Shown in pieces: positions 36,131-45,894 of a stretch of 64,000 nucleotides of DNA. This DNA is from Candidatus Thorarchaeota archaeon. Its GTDB lineage: Archaea; Asgardarchaeota; Thorarchaeia; Thorarchaeales; Thorarchaeaceae. The position numbers and the translations under genes are program-made. Positions within the stretch are counted from its first letter, which is position 1; each line of letters opens with the position of its first letter. The notes under the pieces are model-generated. The model saw only the letters and a list, made by a program, of their open reading frames with translations, searched no databases and had not been told where the DNA came from. The stretch lies in assembly GCA_030612005.1 (NCBI GenBank), contig JAUWOU010000005.1, positions 2,629 to 66,628 of the forward strand. Reading direction: 5' to 3'.

Positions 36131-37126
36131 CTACTGGATTATTGGCATCTGTTCAAGAAGTTCACGTGCTAGTATTTTGTTTTCAGGTGTAACAGGAACC
36201 CAAACAATGCCAACATCTGGTTGACCATAGAGGATGACAGAATCCTCTGGTGCTAGAAGTACAGCAGGAAATCCTAGGAGGTCCTCTTCACCATCAACAG
36301 TCACCAATGTTGGTTTGCTGTGATGTATTGCAGTATCTATAGTGGACCAAGCTTCAGGGTAGATTACTGCTGCTGGGTTGTAAATGAAATACTCATATTC
36401 TGCCTTGAACTCTTTCTCGTAGGGTCCTCTCTTTGTGATCCCATCAATTATCATCACTTGAGGTGTATATCCTTCTTCAAGTACAGTGTCGACAGTAACA
36501 TCTCCTACAGCTATAACAATCTCAGGTGACTCTTTCTCTATCCTCTCTACAACACGCTTCTCAGGAGGTCCGTCTTTTGTATCGTAGACATCACCCTTCG
36601 GAGCCTTTAGTCCAGTGCGTCCTTCAAACTTGAGCAATCTTGGTGGTTCTGATGTTCCTCGGAGCTTGTTACCCTGTCTGTCAATCTGCCCATTTCTTAT
36701 CCTTGCTGAAGCAATCTTATCTCCATCATTCGCTCGTACTGGTTTGAGAAACTCTATGGCGTCATCTACACCTAGCTTCTGCTTTCTGATATCTAAGGCT
36801 CCAGATTGGATTTCAGTGCAGCAAGGACCTTCATACATCAGAAAAGTAACATCTTTCTTGATAGGAAGCAACTCCTCATTTAGAGTAATGCCCCTGACCT
36901 CAACAATGTCATTTAGCTTGGACTCAATCAGATATTCTTTGAGTCTTTCAACTCGTACTTCTAGCGGCTGGATAAGACTTTGAAGTTCCAATCCCTGACC
37001 CACAAGTTCACCACTTGTCACAGCTGCAACAGGGTTTGGCATCTCCACTAATCTATCAATCATCACATGATGCCCCAGATGTAGGCGGTCGAAGAGATTC
37101 AATGCCCAGGTTGTCATTCGAGTCAC
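36131..37126 (-). CDS. Fusion of a PPAT-like cytidylyltransferase domain and a DUF359 (GTP-dependent dephospho-CoA kinase) domain
   Basis: N-terminal FDRLHLGHHVMIDRL (HxGH nucleotidyltransferase motif) and IASARIRNGQID (ISSTRIR-like). C-terminal VIAVGDVTVDTVL..PQVMIIDGITKR and VDGEEDLLGFPAVLLAPEDSVILYGQPDVGIVWV (UPF0218/DUF359 pattern, from recollection). Confidence 0.65.
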   Translation of the reverse strand: MTRMTTWALNLFDRLHLGHHVMIDRLVEMPNPVAAVTSGELVGQGLELQSLIQPLEVRVERLKEYLIESKLNDIVEVRGITLNEELLPIKKDVTFLMYEGPCCTEIQSGALDIRKQKLGVDDAIEFLKPVRANDGDKIASARIRNGQIDRQGNKLRGTSEPPRLLKFEGRTGLKAPKGDVYDTKDGPPEKRVVERIEKESPEIVIAVGDVTVDTVLEEGYTPQVMIIDGITKRGPYEKEFKAEYEYFIYNPAAVIYPEAWSTIDTAIHHSKPTLVTVDGEEDLLGFPAVLLAPEDSVILYGQPDVGIVWVPVTPENKILARELLEQMPIIQ

Positions 37127-37204
37127 GATTTTTGTATCGTCAATTGTAACACTTAATATCTATGGTTTCATCTCTATTCTCAACAACTTGGGAAGTATTC
37201 ACTT

Positions 37205-37900
37205 GTGAAGATGCTAGCCGTTGCAGATGTACATTGTCCGAGATTTCTACCTGCGTTTAAACAATCTCTGACACAATTGAGTGCACCTGATGCCTTCTTC
37301 TTTGCTGGGGACATGATAAATCGCGGCAAATCATCTGAGTACATTACCGTCCTTGATACTATTGAAGATACTCTGGGAACTGGCTTTCCAATCATTGCTT
37401 GTTTTGGGAATGAAGAGTATAGTGAAATGCGCAAAGAAATCCTCTACCTTGTTGGCGATCGGATTCTCTTTCTGGATGAGAAATCAACCATTTTGGAAAG
37501 TAGTTCCGATCAGATTGGAGTTGTTGGTACACAAGGCTCTCTTGACAAAGCTACTAGTTGGCAACGAAGAAACATTCCCAGTGTCAAAGGAGTATTCGAG
37601 AGACGAGCACAAAGGGCAGCCTCTCTTCTTAAAAAAATGACGACGCAGGTTGACAAGAGGATTCTACTGATGCATTATAGCCCATGTTTGGAAACCTGTG
37701 AAGGTGAGTCTGAGCGCTCATTTGCTTGGCTTGGCAGCAGGAAATTTTATCGAGCGGTAGAAGAACAACAACCTGACTTGGTCATTCATGGGCATGTGCA
37801 CAATGCTACAAAACATAAAGCTATGATAGGGACCTCGCTAGTTCATAACGTGTCCTTACCAGCTGTTGGTTCGATTACTGAACTGGACCTTTGGGAATGA
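37205..37900 (+). CDS. Calcineurin-like metallophosphoesterase, paralog 1
   Basis: Motifs AVADVH, FFAGDMINRG, CFGNEEY, LLMHYSP and VIHGHVH. Confidence 0.8.
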   Translation: MKMLAVADVHCPRFLPAFKQSLTQLSAPDAFFFAGDMINRGKSSEYITVLDTIEDTLGTGFPIIACFGNEEYSEMRKEILYLVGDRILFLDEKSTILESSSDQIGVVGTQGSLDKATSWQRRNIPSVKGVFERRAQRAASLLKKMTTQVDKRILLMHYSPCLETCEGESERSFAWLGSRKFYRAVEEQQPDLVIHGHVHNATKHKAMIGTSLVHNVSLPAVGSITELDLWE

Positions 37901-38553
37901 AATACATGAGAATCGCTGCAGTTGGAGATATACACTGTCCAAGGTTTTTCCCAATTTTTGAAAAGTCACTCCGGGAGATTGAGAGACCTCATGTCTTCAT
38001 GCTTGCAGGTGATATAGTAAATCGTGGGAAGGCAAACGAATACCCTGTTGTTGTTGATGCCATTGATTCGATTCATGGACAAGTTCCGATTGTTGCTTGT
38101 TTTGGTAATGAAGACAATGAGCTATACCACGAACATGAGATAATCGAGCTTGTTGGTGATCGCGTAACATTCCTTGATGATGCTACTGCTTCACTTTCAA
38201 TTGGTGGATCTACACTTGGTGTGATCGGAGTATCAATTGTCAATGAGAAGGTAAAAGACGTAGAAACAATGCAGACAATCTTTGAAGACCGTGCAGGTAG
38301 GATATCTGAGAGTCTAAAGGAACTGACTGATGTTTCAGATTATACAGTTGTTCTATCACATTATAGTCCGCTAGTAGAAACTGAAACTAAGTTCTCATGG
38401 TGGTTTGAAAAAGCTGTGAAAGATATCCGACCCTCACTGATAATCCATGGTCACATACATATTTCAACGAAAAATAGAGTGGTGGTAGAATCCACGCCTG
38501 TTTACAACGTGGCTCTACCAGCAGTAGGTTCAATCACTGAGATTGTTCTATGA
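37897..38553 (+). CDS. Calcineurin-like metallophosphoesterase, paralog 2
   Basis: Motifs AVGDIH, MLAGDIVNRG, CFGNEDN, VLSHYSP and IIHGHIH. The ATG overlaps the upstream stop (ATGA). Confidence 0.8.
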   Translation: MKYMRIAAVGDIHCPRFFPIFEKSLREIERPHVFMLAGDIVNRGKANEYPVVVDAIDSIHGQVPIVACFGNEDNELYHEHEIIELVGDRVTFLDDATASLSIGGSTLGVIGVSIVNEKVKDVETMQTIFEDRAGRISESLKELTDVSDYTVVLSHYSPLVETETKFSWWFEKAVKDIRPSLIIHGHIHISTKNRVVVESTPVYNVALPAVGSITEIVL

Positions 38554-38560
38554 GATTGAG

Positions 38561-38986
38561 CTATTGTTTGTGTCCAGTGACTTTCATCACGGGCTCGAAC
38601 TTGTATCCGTATACAATGATTCCGCTGTGACCAAATTCCTTGATCTTTCGGAAGCATGCACGAACTCTCATTCCAATCTCAACATCTTCTGGATCTACAT
38701 TGACGATCTGTGTAGTGAGTCGGGTACCCTCGTCAAGTTCAACTTGAGCAACAACATAGGGCATCTGACGTTTGAAGTCGTCAGGAGCTTGACGGACAAT
38801 TGAGAATGTGTAAATTGACCCCAGTCCCTTGAAAGTATAATTCTCAAGCTTTCCTTTCCTTCTGCACTCTGGACAGACAGGTCGTGGTGGGAAGAAGTGA
38901 GTACCACATGTTTCACACTTGTTTCCCTCAATCCTGTACATAGCTCTGATTCGTCTCCAGACTTGGGCTACACCTTGTTCTGCCAT
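38561..38986 (-). CDS. DUF35 Zn-ribbon/OB-fold protein (scaffold of the archaeal thiolase-HMGCS complex)
   Basis: CETCGTHFFPPRPVCPECR rubredoxin-like ribbon plus an OB fold. It is the third gene of the conserved archaeal trio. Confidence 0.85.
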   Translation of the reverse strand: MAEQGVAQVWRRIRAMYRIEGNKCETCGTHFFPPRPVCPECRRKGKLENYTFKGLGSIYTFSIVRQAPDDFKRQMPYVVAQVELDEGTRLTTQIVNVDPEDVEIGMRVRACFRKIKEFGHSGIIVYGYKFEPVMKVTGHKQ

Positions 38987-38992
38987 TTGATA

Positions 38993-40153
38993 TCATCTCC
39001 CAACAATGTGAACGATACTAGTGGCACCTGTACCACCAATGTTCACTGCGAGTCCCTTTTCTGCTCCATCGACTTGACGTTTGTCTGCGTCACCACGAAG
39101 CTGTAAAACCAGCTCGACAATTTGTGCTACGCCGGTAGCGCCTATCGGGTGGCCTCGTGCTTTGAGACCGCCTGAAGGGTTGACCGGGAATTTACCTCCA
39201 ATTTCGGTTATGCCCTCTTCTAGGGCTTTACAACCCTCACCTTTCTTGGCAATGCCAACGTCCTCTGTGAGCATGATTTCTCCAATTGAGAAACTGTCAT
39301 GTAATTCTAGGACATCAATATCCTTGAGTTCAAGACTTGCTTCCTGGAGTGCAGATTTCGTTGATGATACTACTGAATTGAAAGTAGTGATTGATTTCCT
39401 ATCATGGAGTGCTAATGTATCGGTACGTTGTGCTGATGACTCTATGAAAATTGGCGTATCTGTGTACTTCTTTACCAGATCCTCTCTACACATTACAAGA
39501 CCTGCTGCTCCATCAGTTATTGGTGCAGAATGAAGAACTCTCAGAGGATCAGCTAGCATTCCTGATCTCATCACAACTTCAATTGGAACTGCACGCTGAA
39601 ACTGAGCGAATTCATTGTGTGCTGCATTTGCATGATTCTTTACGGTAGGTAAAGCGAGGTGTTCTTCTGTTGTGCCATATTCCATCATATGCCTTCGTGC
39701 CATGAAAGCATAGAGAGCTGGAAAAGTGGCGCCGAACATGCCTTCCCATTCCCAATCGCTTGCGACTGAGATTGTGTTCATTGCTTCTGTCTGGTTCACA
39801 TCGCTCATTTTCTCACTACCGAGGACGAGCATAACATCATGTTCTCCAGACTTGATTGACATGTATGCGTGTCTTACAGCTGCACCACCACTGGCACAAG
39901 CTGCTTCAACACTATATGCGGGAATATCTCCAAGACCACTCAAATCAACAGCTTGGGCACCAAGATGCTCTTGACCGGTGAATCTTCCTGCGGACATGTT
40001 ACCTATTACCATTCCATCAATATCTGAACCTGGAACTCCTGCATCAAAGATTGTGTACATTCCTGCTTCGAGAGTAATATCTCTTAGGTTTTTGTCCCAA
40101 AGCTCTCCAAATTTTGACATTCCAACTCCGGCAATTGCTACTCTGTTACTCAT
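38993..40153 (-). CDS. Acetyl-CoA acetyltransferase (thiolase, archaeal type)
   Basis: 386 aa. Active-site region VEAACASGGAA and C-terminal NPSGGLKARGHPIGATG..NIGGTGAT. Confidence 0.9.
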   Translation of the reverse strand: MSNRVAIAGVGMSKFGELWDKNLRDITLEAGMYTIFDAGVPGSDIDGMVIGNMSAGRFTGQEHLGAQAVDLSGLGDIPAYSVEAACASGGAAVRHAYMSIKSGEHDVMLVLGSEKMSDVNQTEAMNTISVASDWEWEGMFGATFPALYAFMARRHMMEYGTTEEHLALPTVKNHANAAHNEFAQFQRAVPIEVVMRSGMLADPLRVLHSAPITDGAAGLVMCREDLVKKYTDTPIFIESSAQRTDTLALHDRKSITTFNSVVSSTKSALQEASLELKDIDVLELHDSFSIGEIMLTEDVGIAKKGEGCKALEEGITEIGGKFPVNPSGGLKARGHPIGATGVAQIVELVLQLRGDADKRQVDGAEKGLAVNIGGTGATSIVHIVGR

Positions 40154-40165
40154 TCTTTGACCTCC

Positions 40166-41215
40166 TTAACCAAGTGCCTTGATCTTTCGCCTGAACTTAG
40201 CATAAGTTGCATAGTCCACGTACGTTTTACGTTCAATATAATCATCAACTGTTGGAACCTGTCCGCGACGTTCTTCAATTGCGTCTTCAACAGTTATTGA
40301 GAAAGCATCGCTTCCTGCCCCCGAACCATAAGCTACCATGAAGATTTTAGATCCTGGCTTAGCAATGTCTAATATTCGTGCTAGGCCTATCATAGCTGAA
40401 CCAGAGTAAGTGTTTCCAATCTGGCGAACAACAAGACTGTCCTCTAATTTCTCCGCTGGTACTCCGAGCTGTTTGCCCATGGCAATTGGGAACTTTCCAT
40501 TGGGCATGTGGAAAATAAAGTAATCATAATCATCGACTGTTGTCTTCGTTTTCTTAAACAACGATTTTGCTCCTTCTCCGACATGTCGGAAGTATGCTGG
40601 TTCTCCTGTGAATCTTGCTCCGTGACTTGGAAAATCTTCACCCTCTCTCCTCCAGAAGTCTGGAGTGTCTGTGGTGAATGAAACTGTTTCTTCAATTGTG
40701 GCAAGAGGATTCTTCATTCCAATTAGAAAAGCTGCACCGCCTGCTGCCGCTGAATATTCTAACGCATCTCCAGGTCTTCCTTGTGCAGTGTCTGAGCCGA
40801 TAGCCAGGCCGATTTTAATCATCTTAGATAGAACAAGCCCCATCGTGACTTGCATTGCAGCTGTGCCTGCTTTGCATGCAAATTCAAAGTCTGCGCATGT
40901 CATATCATGTGTGCATCCAATCGCCTCTGCAACTATTGTCCCTGTGGGTTTAACTGCATAGGGATGTGACTCTGACCCAACATATAATGCTCCGATATCT
41001 TTCGGGTCAATCTGTGATCGTTTGATCGCATTCCGTGCAGCTTCCACTGAGATTGTGGCTACATCTTCATCGGGTCCGGGTACTGACTTTTCAAATACGC
41101 CGAGTCCTTTCCCGATTCTCCCACTAGTATCGCCCCAGACTTCTGCAATATCTGTGGTCTTAATTCTGTAACGTGGGACGTATACTCCATATCCTACAAT
41201 ACCAACCATATGCAA
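40166..41215 (-). CDS. Hydroxymethylglutaryl-CoA synthase (archaeal)
   Basis: 349 aa. [25 protein letters not shown] (catalytic Cys region), FHMPNGKF and [11 protein letters not shown]. Confidence 0.9.
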   Translation of the reverse strand: MHMVGIVGYGVYVPRYRIKTTDIAEVWGDTSGRIGKGLGVFEKSVPGPDEDVATISVEAARNAIKRSQIDPKDIGALYVGSESHPYAVKPTGTIVAEAIGCTHDMTCADFEFACKAGTAAMQVTMGLVLSKMIKIGLAIGSDTAQGRPGDALEYSAAAGGAAFLIGMKNPLATIEETVSFTTDTPDFWRREGEDFPSHGARFTGEPAYFRHVGEGAKSLFKKTKTTVDDYDYFIFHMPNGKFPIAMGKQLGVPAEKLEDSLVVRQIGNTYSGSAMIGLARILDIAKPGSKIFMVAYGSGAGSDAFSITVEDAIEERRGQVPTVDDYIERKTYVDYATYAKFRRKIKALG

Positions 41216-41450
41216 TTCTCTCCTTGAATAACAAATCGGTGAACGTCGAATTGCGTTACGTCATTATTTTACGGGCTTGGCTGCAAGGTTCTTATGAACA
41301 TTGCGCTGTTGCCACCAATTTTGTAACGTCTTTTACCGATTTTTCTTCATTAACTTTGAATTATGACGACGATATCTTAAGAGTGATACACTATTTATTA
41401 CTAGCGCAAGGACAACGATGATTGCTGATATCTAGATAGAGCTTTGTCGA

Positions 41451-42347
41451 CTATTCTATATTATTTAGAAAATCTTGGATTGCTGATTGGAGTTCTCTCT
41501 TAGTCAGACCTCTCATAGTATCTACATTGGCTCGCAAAGATTCTACAAGCATTTTCGATGTACCAGAGCTATACTGCGTGGCACGTTTTGGTGTCATCGC
41601 TATTTCTCTAGGAACTCCCAACTTCATTGCCAATTCTCTAAACATCAGTTTCCTAGCAGGCTTTCTATTCGGGTCAATATTCAATGTTGCAGGTAGAGTG
41701 AGAGCTGTCCTTGCAAAGTCTAAATCTAGAAACGGAAAGAATGTTTCAAGTCCATGGGCACTGATAGCACGAATATCACGTTGGATATTAGCTTCATCGG
41801 TAACTGAGAAATCTGCCCATAGAGCTTCCTCGACTTTCTCTGTACCCTGTTCTATCATGAGCTTCTCATATCTTGCATATCCTGCAAACAGCTCATCTGG
41901 ACCTTGTCCTGAGATGATCAGATTGTATCCTCGTTTTCGAGATTCTCGCGCTGCGAAGAAGAATGGAATTGCAATTTCTACATCCATTCTTTTTCTAGTC
42001 TTGATTGAATGTACTACTTGTGGAAGTGCTTCCCATAATGAATTTGCATCGATATTAACCTCTACAATTTCCAGTGACATTCCTTTTGCTGCTCTTACTG
42101 CTACTTCCTCATCGTGGGAACCCTCACATCGTGCAGTTAGAAGTAATGTATCCTCACAGTATTTCTTTGTCAATAATGCAGCAAGAGAACTATCTACTCC
42201 TCCAGAGAAGAGAACCGCACATTTTTTCTCTCCTTCTAGACGCGTGAATGAATTTTCCAGGTGAAGTTTCAGAGAATCTAGAGCTTGGTCCGGACTTATA
42301 TCACGTTGAACAATTGGACGATTTACCAGACCTGACATTGAACCCAA
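41451..42347 (-). CDS. Asparagine-synthase-type ATP pyrophosphatase domain protein (no glutaminase domain)
   Basis: PP-loop AVLFSGGVDSS and the Asn_synthase motif ISGQGPDELFAGYARY. At 298 aa it lacks the N-terminal Ntn domain. Confidence 0.7.
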   Translation of the reverse strand: MGSMSGLVNRPIVQRDISPDQALDSLKLHLENSFTRLEGEKKCAVLFSGGVDSSLAALLTKKYCEDTLLLTARCEGSHDEEVAVRAAKGMSLEIVEVNIDANSLWEALPQVVHSIKTRKRMDVEIAIPFFFAARESRKRGYNLIISGQGPDELFAGYARYEKLMIEQGTEKVEEALWADFSVTDEANIQRDIRAISAHGLETFFPFLDLDFARTALTLPATLNIDPNRKPARKLMFRELAMKLGVPREIAMTPKRATQYSSGTSKMLVESLRANVDTMRGLTKRELQSAIQDFLNNIE

Positions 42348-42400
42348 ATATCCTCTGATTATTGATATGCTTCGGTATGTCCAAAGTACGATCTATAATA

Positions 42401-42814
42401 TCAATTAGGTACATCTTGAAGCAGAACTTGTTTGACACCTGTGATATTGTTCAATCGCTTATTGAGGTCATCGACTTCAGCATTCAATTGCTGAGGTGTG
42501 AAGTAGCATTCGTAAAAACATTGGTCGGCCGCTTGGCAAATTCCACTTGTAAAGAGAATATCTTCAAGACCAACTTCCATGAAGACCATTGTGAGTTCTT
42601 CGAGGAAGCTTTTGCTGAGTTTATCAATGACGAGCTTAAGATACATAACACGCTCGCTATCAACTGGATACATTTTCACATTACCATCTTTCATAATAAG
42701 AATGGTCAATCCGTATTTATGACCAATATTCTTTATGAACTCTGCTGGTAGAGTGATTGTATCACCCTTTTCGATTTTTAGAACTCGTGCTTGAGTCATG
42801 TCACCTTTACTCAA
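42401..42814 (-). CDS. Hypothetical protein with an N-terminal AbrB/SpoVT-like swapped-hairpin domain
   Basis: ARVLKIEKGDTITLPAEFIKNIG resembles the SpoVT/AbrB DNA-binding motif. The C-terminal ~80 aa may be an ACT-like or ligand-binding domain. Confidence 0.4.
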   Translation of the reverse strand: MSKGDMTQARVLKIEKGDTITLPAEFIKNIGHKYGLTILIMKDGNVKMYPVDSERVMYLKLVIDKLSKSFLEELTMVFMEVGLEDILFTSGICQAADQCFYECYFTPQQLNAEVDDLNKRLNNITGVKQVLLQDVPN

Positions 42815-42886
42815 ATGTTTCTGCCTCCGGACAGTTAATAGGCGTCTTGTCAGTATTGATTATATCTCTTGTGGGTTGTACAATCC

Positions 42887-44467
42887 TTACGGACTTCCAC
42901 CAAACCATCTACGAATTCTGGTCAAAGCTTCAATTTCTGGTTTCTCAACAACTCGGAGATTCCATTTACATTCTTCTTCGCTTGTATATTCAAGAAAGGC
43001 AACTTCCCCCTCAGAGCGAATCTTCTCCATTTCTTGGAGTTTTCCGGTTAACCATGCCTTCCTTGATACTGGCATTCTTGATGTAGCCAAGTCAAATAAT
43101 GCTGGGTGAAGATCAAATATCAATGCTCTTTCTTGCATGTATTCGATAACGCCTTCTTGCAAAGCCTTGCTAATCTTTTCTCTATCTGTGAAGAATGAAG
43201 CAGCCACTGACATATTCGGGAATTTATCAGGAATATTCAGCGCAAATTTGAATGACCTATTGAATTTTGATAGGTGTGTTGCAGCATCCAAGAAGAGAAT
43301 TGTTTCAGGTTTTCCTTCGAACTCATCTTCAGATATATCAATTTTAGATCGGGAGAGGTCTTCATCTTTTTCAATCATAGATTGAATTAACTGGTCTGTT
43401 ACTGGTGGAAGATCCTCTTCTGATATTCCTTCTATAGATTCGTAGGTTAGATATTCATCATCAAAGTCTTTTTTCTGCGTGTCTTTCTTCTTCTTATCAT
43501 CGATTTTCCTTGGGCGTCTGTGTGGTGGAATATATCCAATCTCCTCTACTAAATGCTGAAGAACTAAAGGTAGAAACAGATCATAGAGGGTACCCCGTGT
43601 TTCAATTATGAGGAGAATTGGTTTGAATGAGCTTACCGCATTAATTAGACCTGAATCAAAATCTGGAGAATCGTCGAAGAATTTCCTGAGATTCTCCTCA
43701 GTATAACCCTTTTCAACTCTCTCCGTCCATTCATGATAAACTTCTTTCATCTCTTGTTTTCTGCGGTCTTTGACTAAACTCATGAACTTACCAAGGTACT
43801 TTACACCACGAGTCACTGCTGTTGCTGGACTGATGAACACAGTCATTAATCCAACAGCTTCTCCAGCATATTCGCTCGCTTCCGTACTCCGAATCTTACC
43901 CATTACTTCTTCCGACAGCGATGGTGGTCCTAATTTTTCAATAAGGACTTCTATCATTCCTGCAAAGTCTTCAAATGCTGCGTCTGCAGGTGCAATAATT
44001 TCTCCAACTGGTGATGCATCTGATAATACCTCCGAAAATACATTGGGTCTCTTTGCCAGCCAGCTTAATGGAATTTTCAAGGTTTGATATTCATGAAGCC
44101 ATTTTCGTTCAGTATCCTTAGATCCAACGTAATACTTGGTTGCACCCGGAAATAATCCCTCAAAAAGTTCTATGAACTGGTCAAACCCTGATTTGGTGCT
44201 AAGTCCCATCTCTCCTTTTTCCAATGCATCAACCACTATAACGAGCCCAGCCTCTTTCTTCTTAGCTATTTTTGCCATGGTTAACATTACTTGTTTTGGT
44301 GAGAGGTAGAGAAGGTCACTCTCAGCATATGGTGCGTCGTAAAATGAGAAGAGTCCCAGACGTTTCCACTCCTTCTTTAGAAGGCGGGTATTCGCAAGGT
44401 GGGAGAACCACTCATACCCACGTTTGTATCTTGGGATTGACTCTTCATCAATTTCGGAGTGTGCCAT
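42887..44467 (-). CDS. Large cytoplasmic hypothetical protein with an acidic/Lys-rich linker
   Basis: Long ORF (554 aa from TTG 44551, 526 aa from ATG 44467). No motif recognised. Central RRPRKIDDKKKKDTQKKDFDDE linker. Confidence 0.55.
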   Translation of the reverse strand: MAHSEIDEESIPRYKRGYEWFSHLANTRLLKKEWKRLGLFSFYDAPYAESDLLYLSPKQVMLTMAKIAKKKEAGLVIVVDALEKGEMGLSTKSGFDQFIELFEGLFPGATKYYVGSKDTERKWLHEYQTLKIPLSWLAKRPNVFSEVLSDASPVGEIIAPADAAFEDFAGMIEVLIEKLGPPSLSEEVMGKIRSTEASEYAGEAVGLMTVFISPATAVTRGVKYLGKFMSLVKDRRKQEMKEVYHEWTERVEKGYTEENLRKFFDDSPDFDSGLINAVSSFKPILLIIETRGTLYDLFLPLVLQHLVEEIGYIPPHRRPRKIDDKKKKDTQKKDFDDEYLTYESIEGISEEDLPPVTDQLIQSMIEKDEDLSRSKIDISEDEFEGKPETILFLDAATHLSKFNRSFKFALNIPDKFPNMSVAASFFTDREKISKALQEGVIEYMQERALIFDLHPALFDLATSRMPVSRKAWLTGKLQEMEKIRSEGEVAFLEYTSEEECKWNLRVVEKPEIEALTRIRRWFGGSP

Positions 44468-44547
44468 ATATAACACCTTGTAGTAGCTGGCCAATAATGG
44501 CCTAGTGGGCTTGTTTGCAGTAGAGAGGTGATAAAGCTTTGTCTCTA

Positions 44548-45753
44548 TCAATCTCTACGAATACTAACAATCGCCAACACAAGAGCCACTAAGATAATGC
44601 CAATAATGACTATGTATCTCCAGTCGAGAACTAATCCGCCTGGAAGGTATGGATCTTCTGAAGCCGCGAGTATACTAGCTGCGTTTCCGAACAGGTTCAA
44701 CAACTCACAGGCTTGTCCTGCATATATCAAATTACCAAGACTTGCTCCAGGAATATATCCCCACGAACCATCTTCAACTTGGCAGTTCAAAATGAAGTCA
44801 ATTACCATCGACTCATTGACTGAAACAAGATTACTAGTGTAACTCAATAGTTTTAGAGCATAGTAAGTACTCTGGAAATTTGGATCTCCAGTTGTGAATC
44901 CTTCTTCAAATCCACCTGAGAAATCATCATCGTACGCGTCTATTATTTGTCTTGTAAGAATCCAGTTTGATGCATCTTGAAGACCTGGAACTATTCCTAC
45001 ACTAGGTAGCAAACCAAGCGCCATTATTCCTGCGGCAGTTGGAGTAACGCCAATTGTAACCGAGTTTGGATTTAATTTGAAACCATCATCAATACGACAA
45101 TCATTAATCCATTCCAGTGTCAAGGACTCATTAGCAAGAATATCCCAAGCATTAAGGGATGGGTCATATGTACTGAGAAACTCTATGATGCTGAGTGCTT
45201 CATATGTTGATACAATATCTGGGCTATGATTTCCTGCAAGACTACTGAAACCTCCTGATACGGTCTGTGTTCGGTTAATGAAACTTAATAGAGAACTCTT
45301 GTTAATATCATTATTTGTGATTCCGGGATAATCTGCCTGATTCTTCAGCATCTGAAGTAGAACTACCCCTTTGAAGGTCATTCCCATTGTAACAGGGCCG
45401 AGTAGATATTCACTGAATCCTCCATATCTTTCTTGGTCCAGTTCAACATCTAGATCATTTGAAATCCATTGACGTGAAATCAGAGCATCTAGTGCTTTTG
45501 TGAGGTTGATTGGTGGAGGTCTAGTGTCAAGAGATCCAAGTTCATCCAGAGCGAGAATGGCTCCATATGTTGCATCAACGCGAACAACGCTATCGATAGG
45601 TGGACTATAACCTCCTCTCACACCATCGTATCTCCCATTGATATAGGAAAATAGGGAATCAGATCTGCTTGCTGCAGCAACTGGTTGTGCTGATGCTGCG
45701 ACTAACACGAGCATAAATGCGAATGCAATTGTAATTACCTTGACCCTTTTCAT
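44548..45753 (-). CDS. Secreted, C-terminally anchored protein with prenyltransferase/terpene-cyclase-like alpha-alpha toroid repeats
   Basis: Signal peptide MKRVKVITIAFAFMLVLVAASAQPVAA. Recurrent GG(Y/F)S../DGSWGY repeats (RGGYSP, YGGFSEY, SGGFSS, SGGFEEG, EDGSWGY). C-terminal TM IVIIGIILVALVLAIVSI. Confidence 0.6.
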   Translation of the reverse strand: MKRVKVITIAFAFMLVLVAASAQPVAAASRSDSLFSYINGRYDGVRGGYSPPIDSVVRVDATYGAILALDELGSLDTRPPPINLTKALDALISRQWISNDLDVELDQERYGGFSEYLLGPVTMGMTFKGVVLLQMLKNQADYPGITNNDINKSSLLSFINRTQTVSGGFSSLAGNHSPDIVSTYEALSIIEFLSTYDPSLNAWDILANESLTLEWINDCRIDDGFKLNPNSVTIGVTPTAAGIMALGLLPSVGIVPGLQDASNWILTRQIIDAYDDDFSGGFEEGFTTGDPNFQSTYYALKLLSYTSNLVSVNESMVIDFILNCQVEDGSWGYIPGASLGNLIYAGQACELLNLFGNAASILAASEDPYLPGGLVLDWRYIVIIGIILVALVLAIVSIRRD

Positions 45754-45894
45754 GACAACATCCCGGTCAAATTTGATGCAGCTGAGAAGCTTTCCTCAGC
45801 GCGTTGAGCATCGGACTGGGTGGATGTTATTAACGTTTCCCATCATCAGGAGTCGTACTAACAACTATCCATTGCTACTTGCATCATTAAACTT

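Noticed and set aside
41345-41432. Possible C/D box sRNA (atgacga ... gatgatt gctga)
   Set aside because: The C box has a mismatch, the putative C' and D boxes are only 3 nt apart (no guide), and there is no terminal stem.
41527-42264. 245-aa plus-strand ORF
   Set aside because: It is fully antisense to the well-supported AsnB-type gene. It is Ser-rich and low-complexity with no motifs, which is typical of a shadow ORF.
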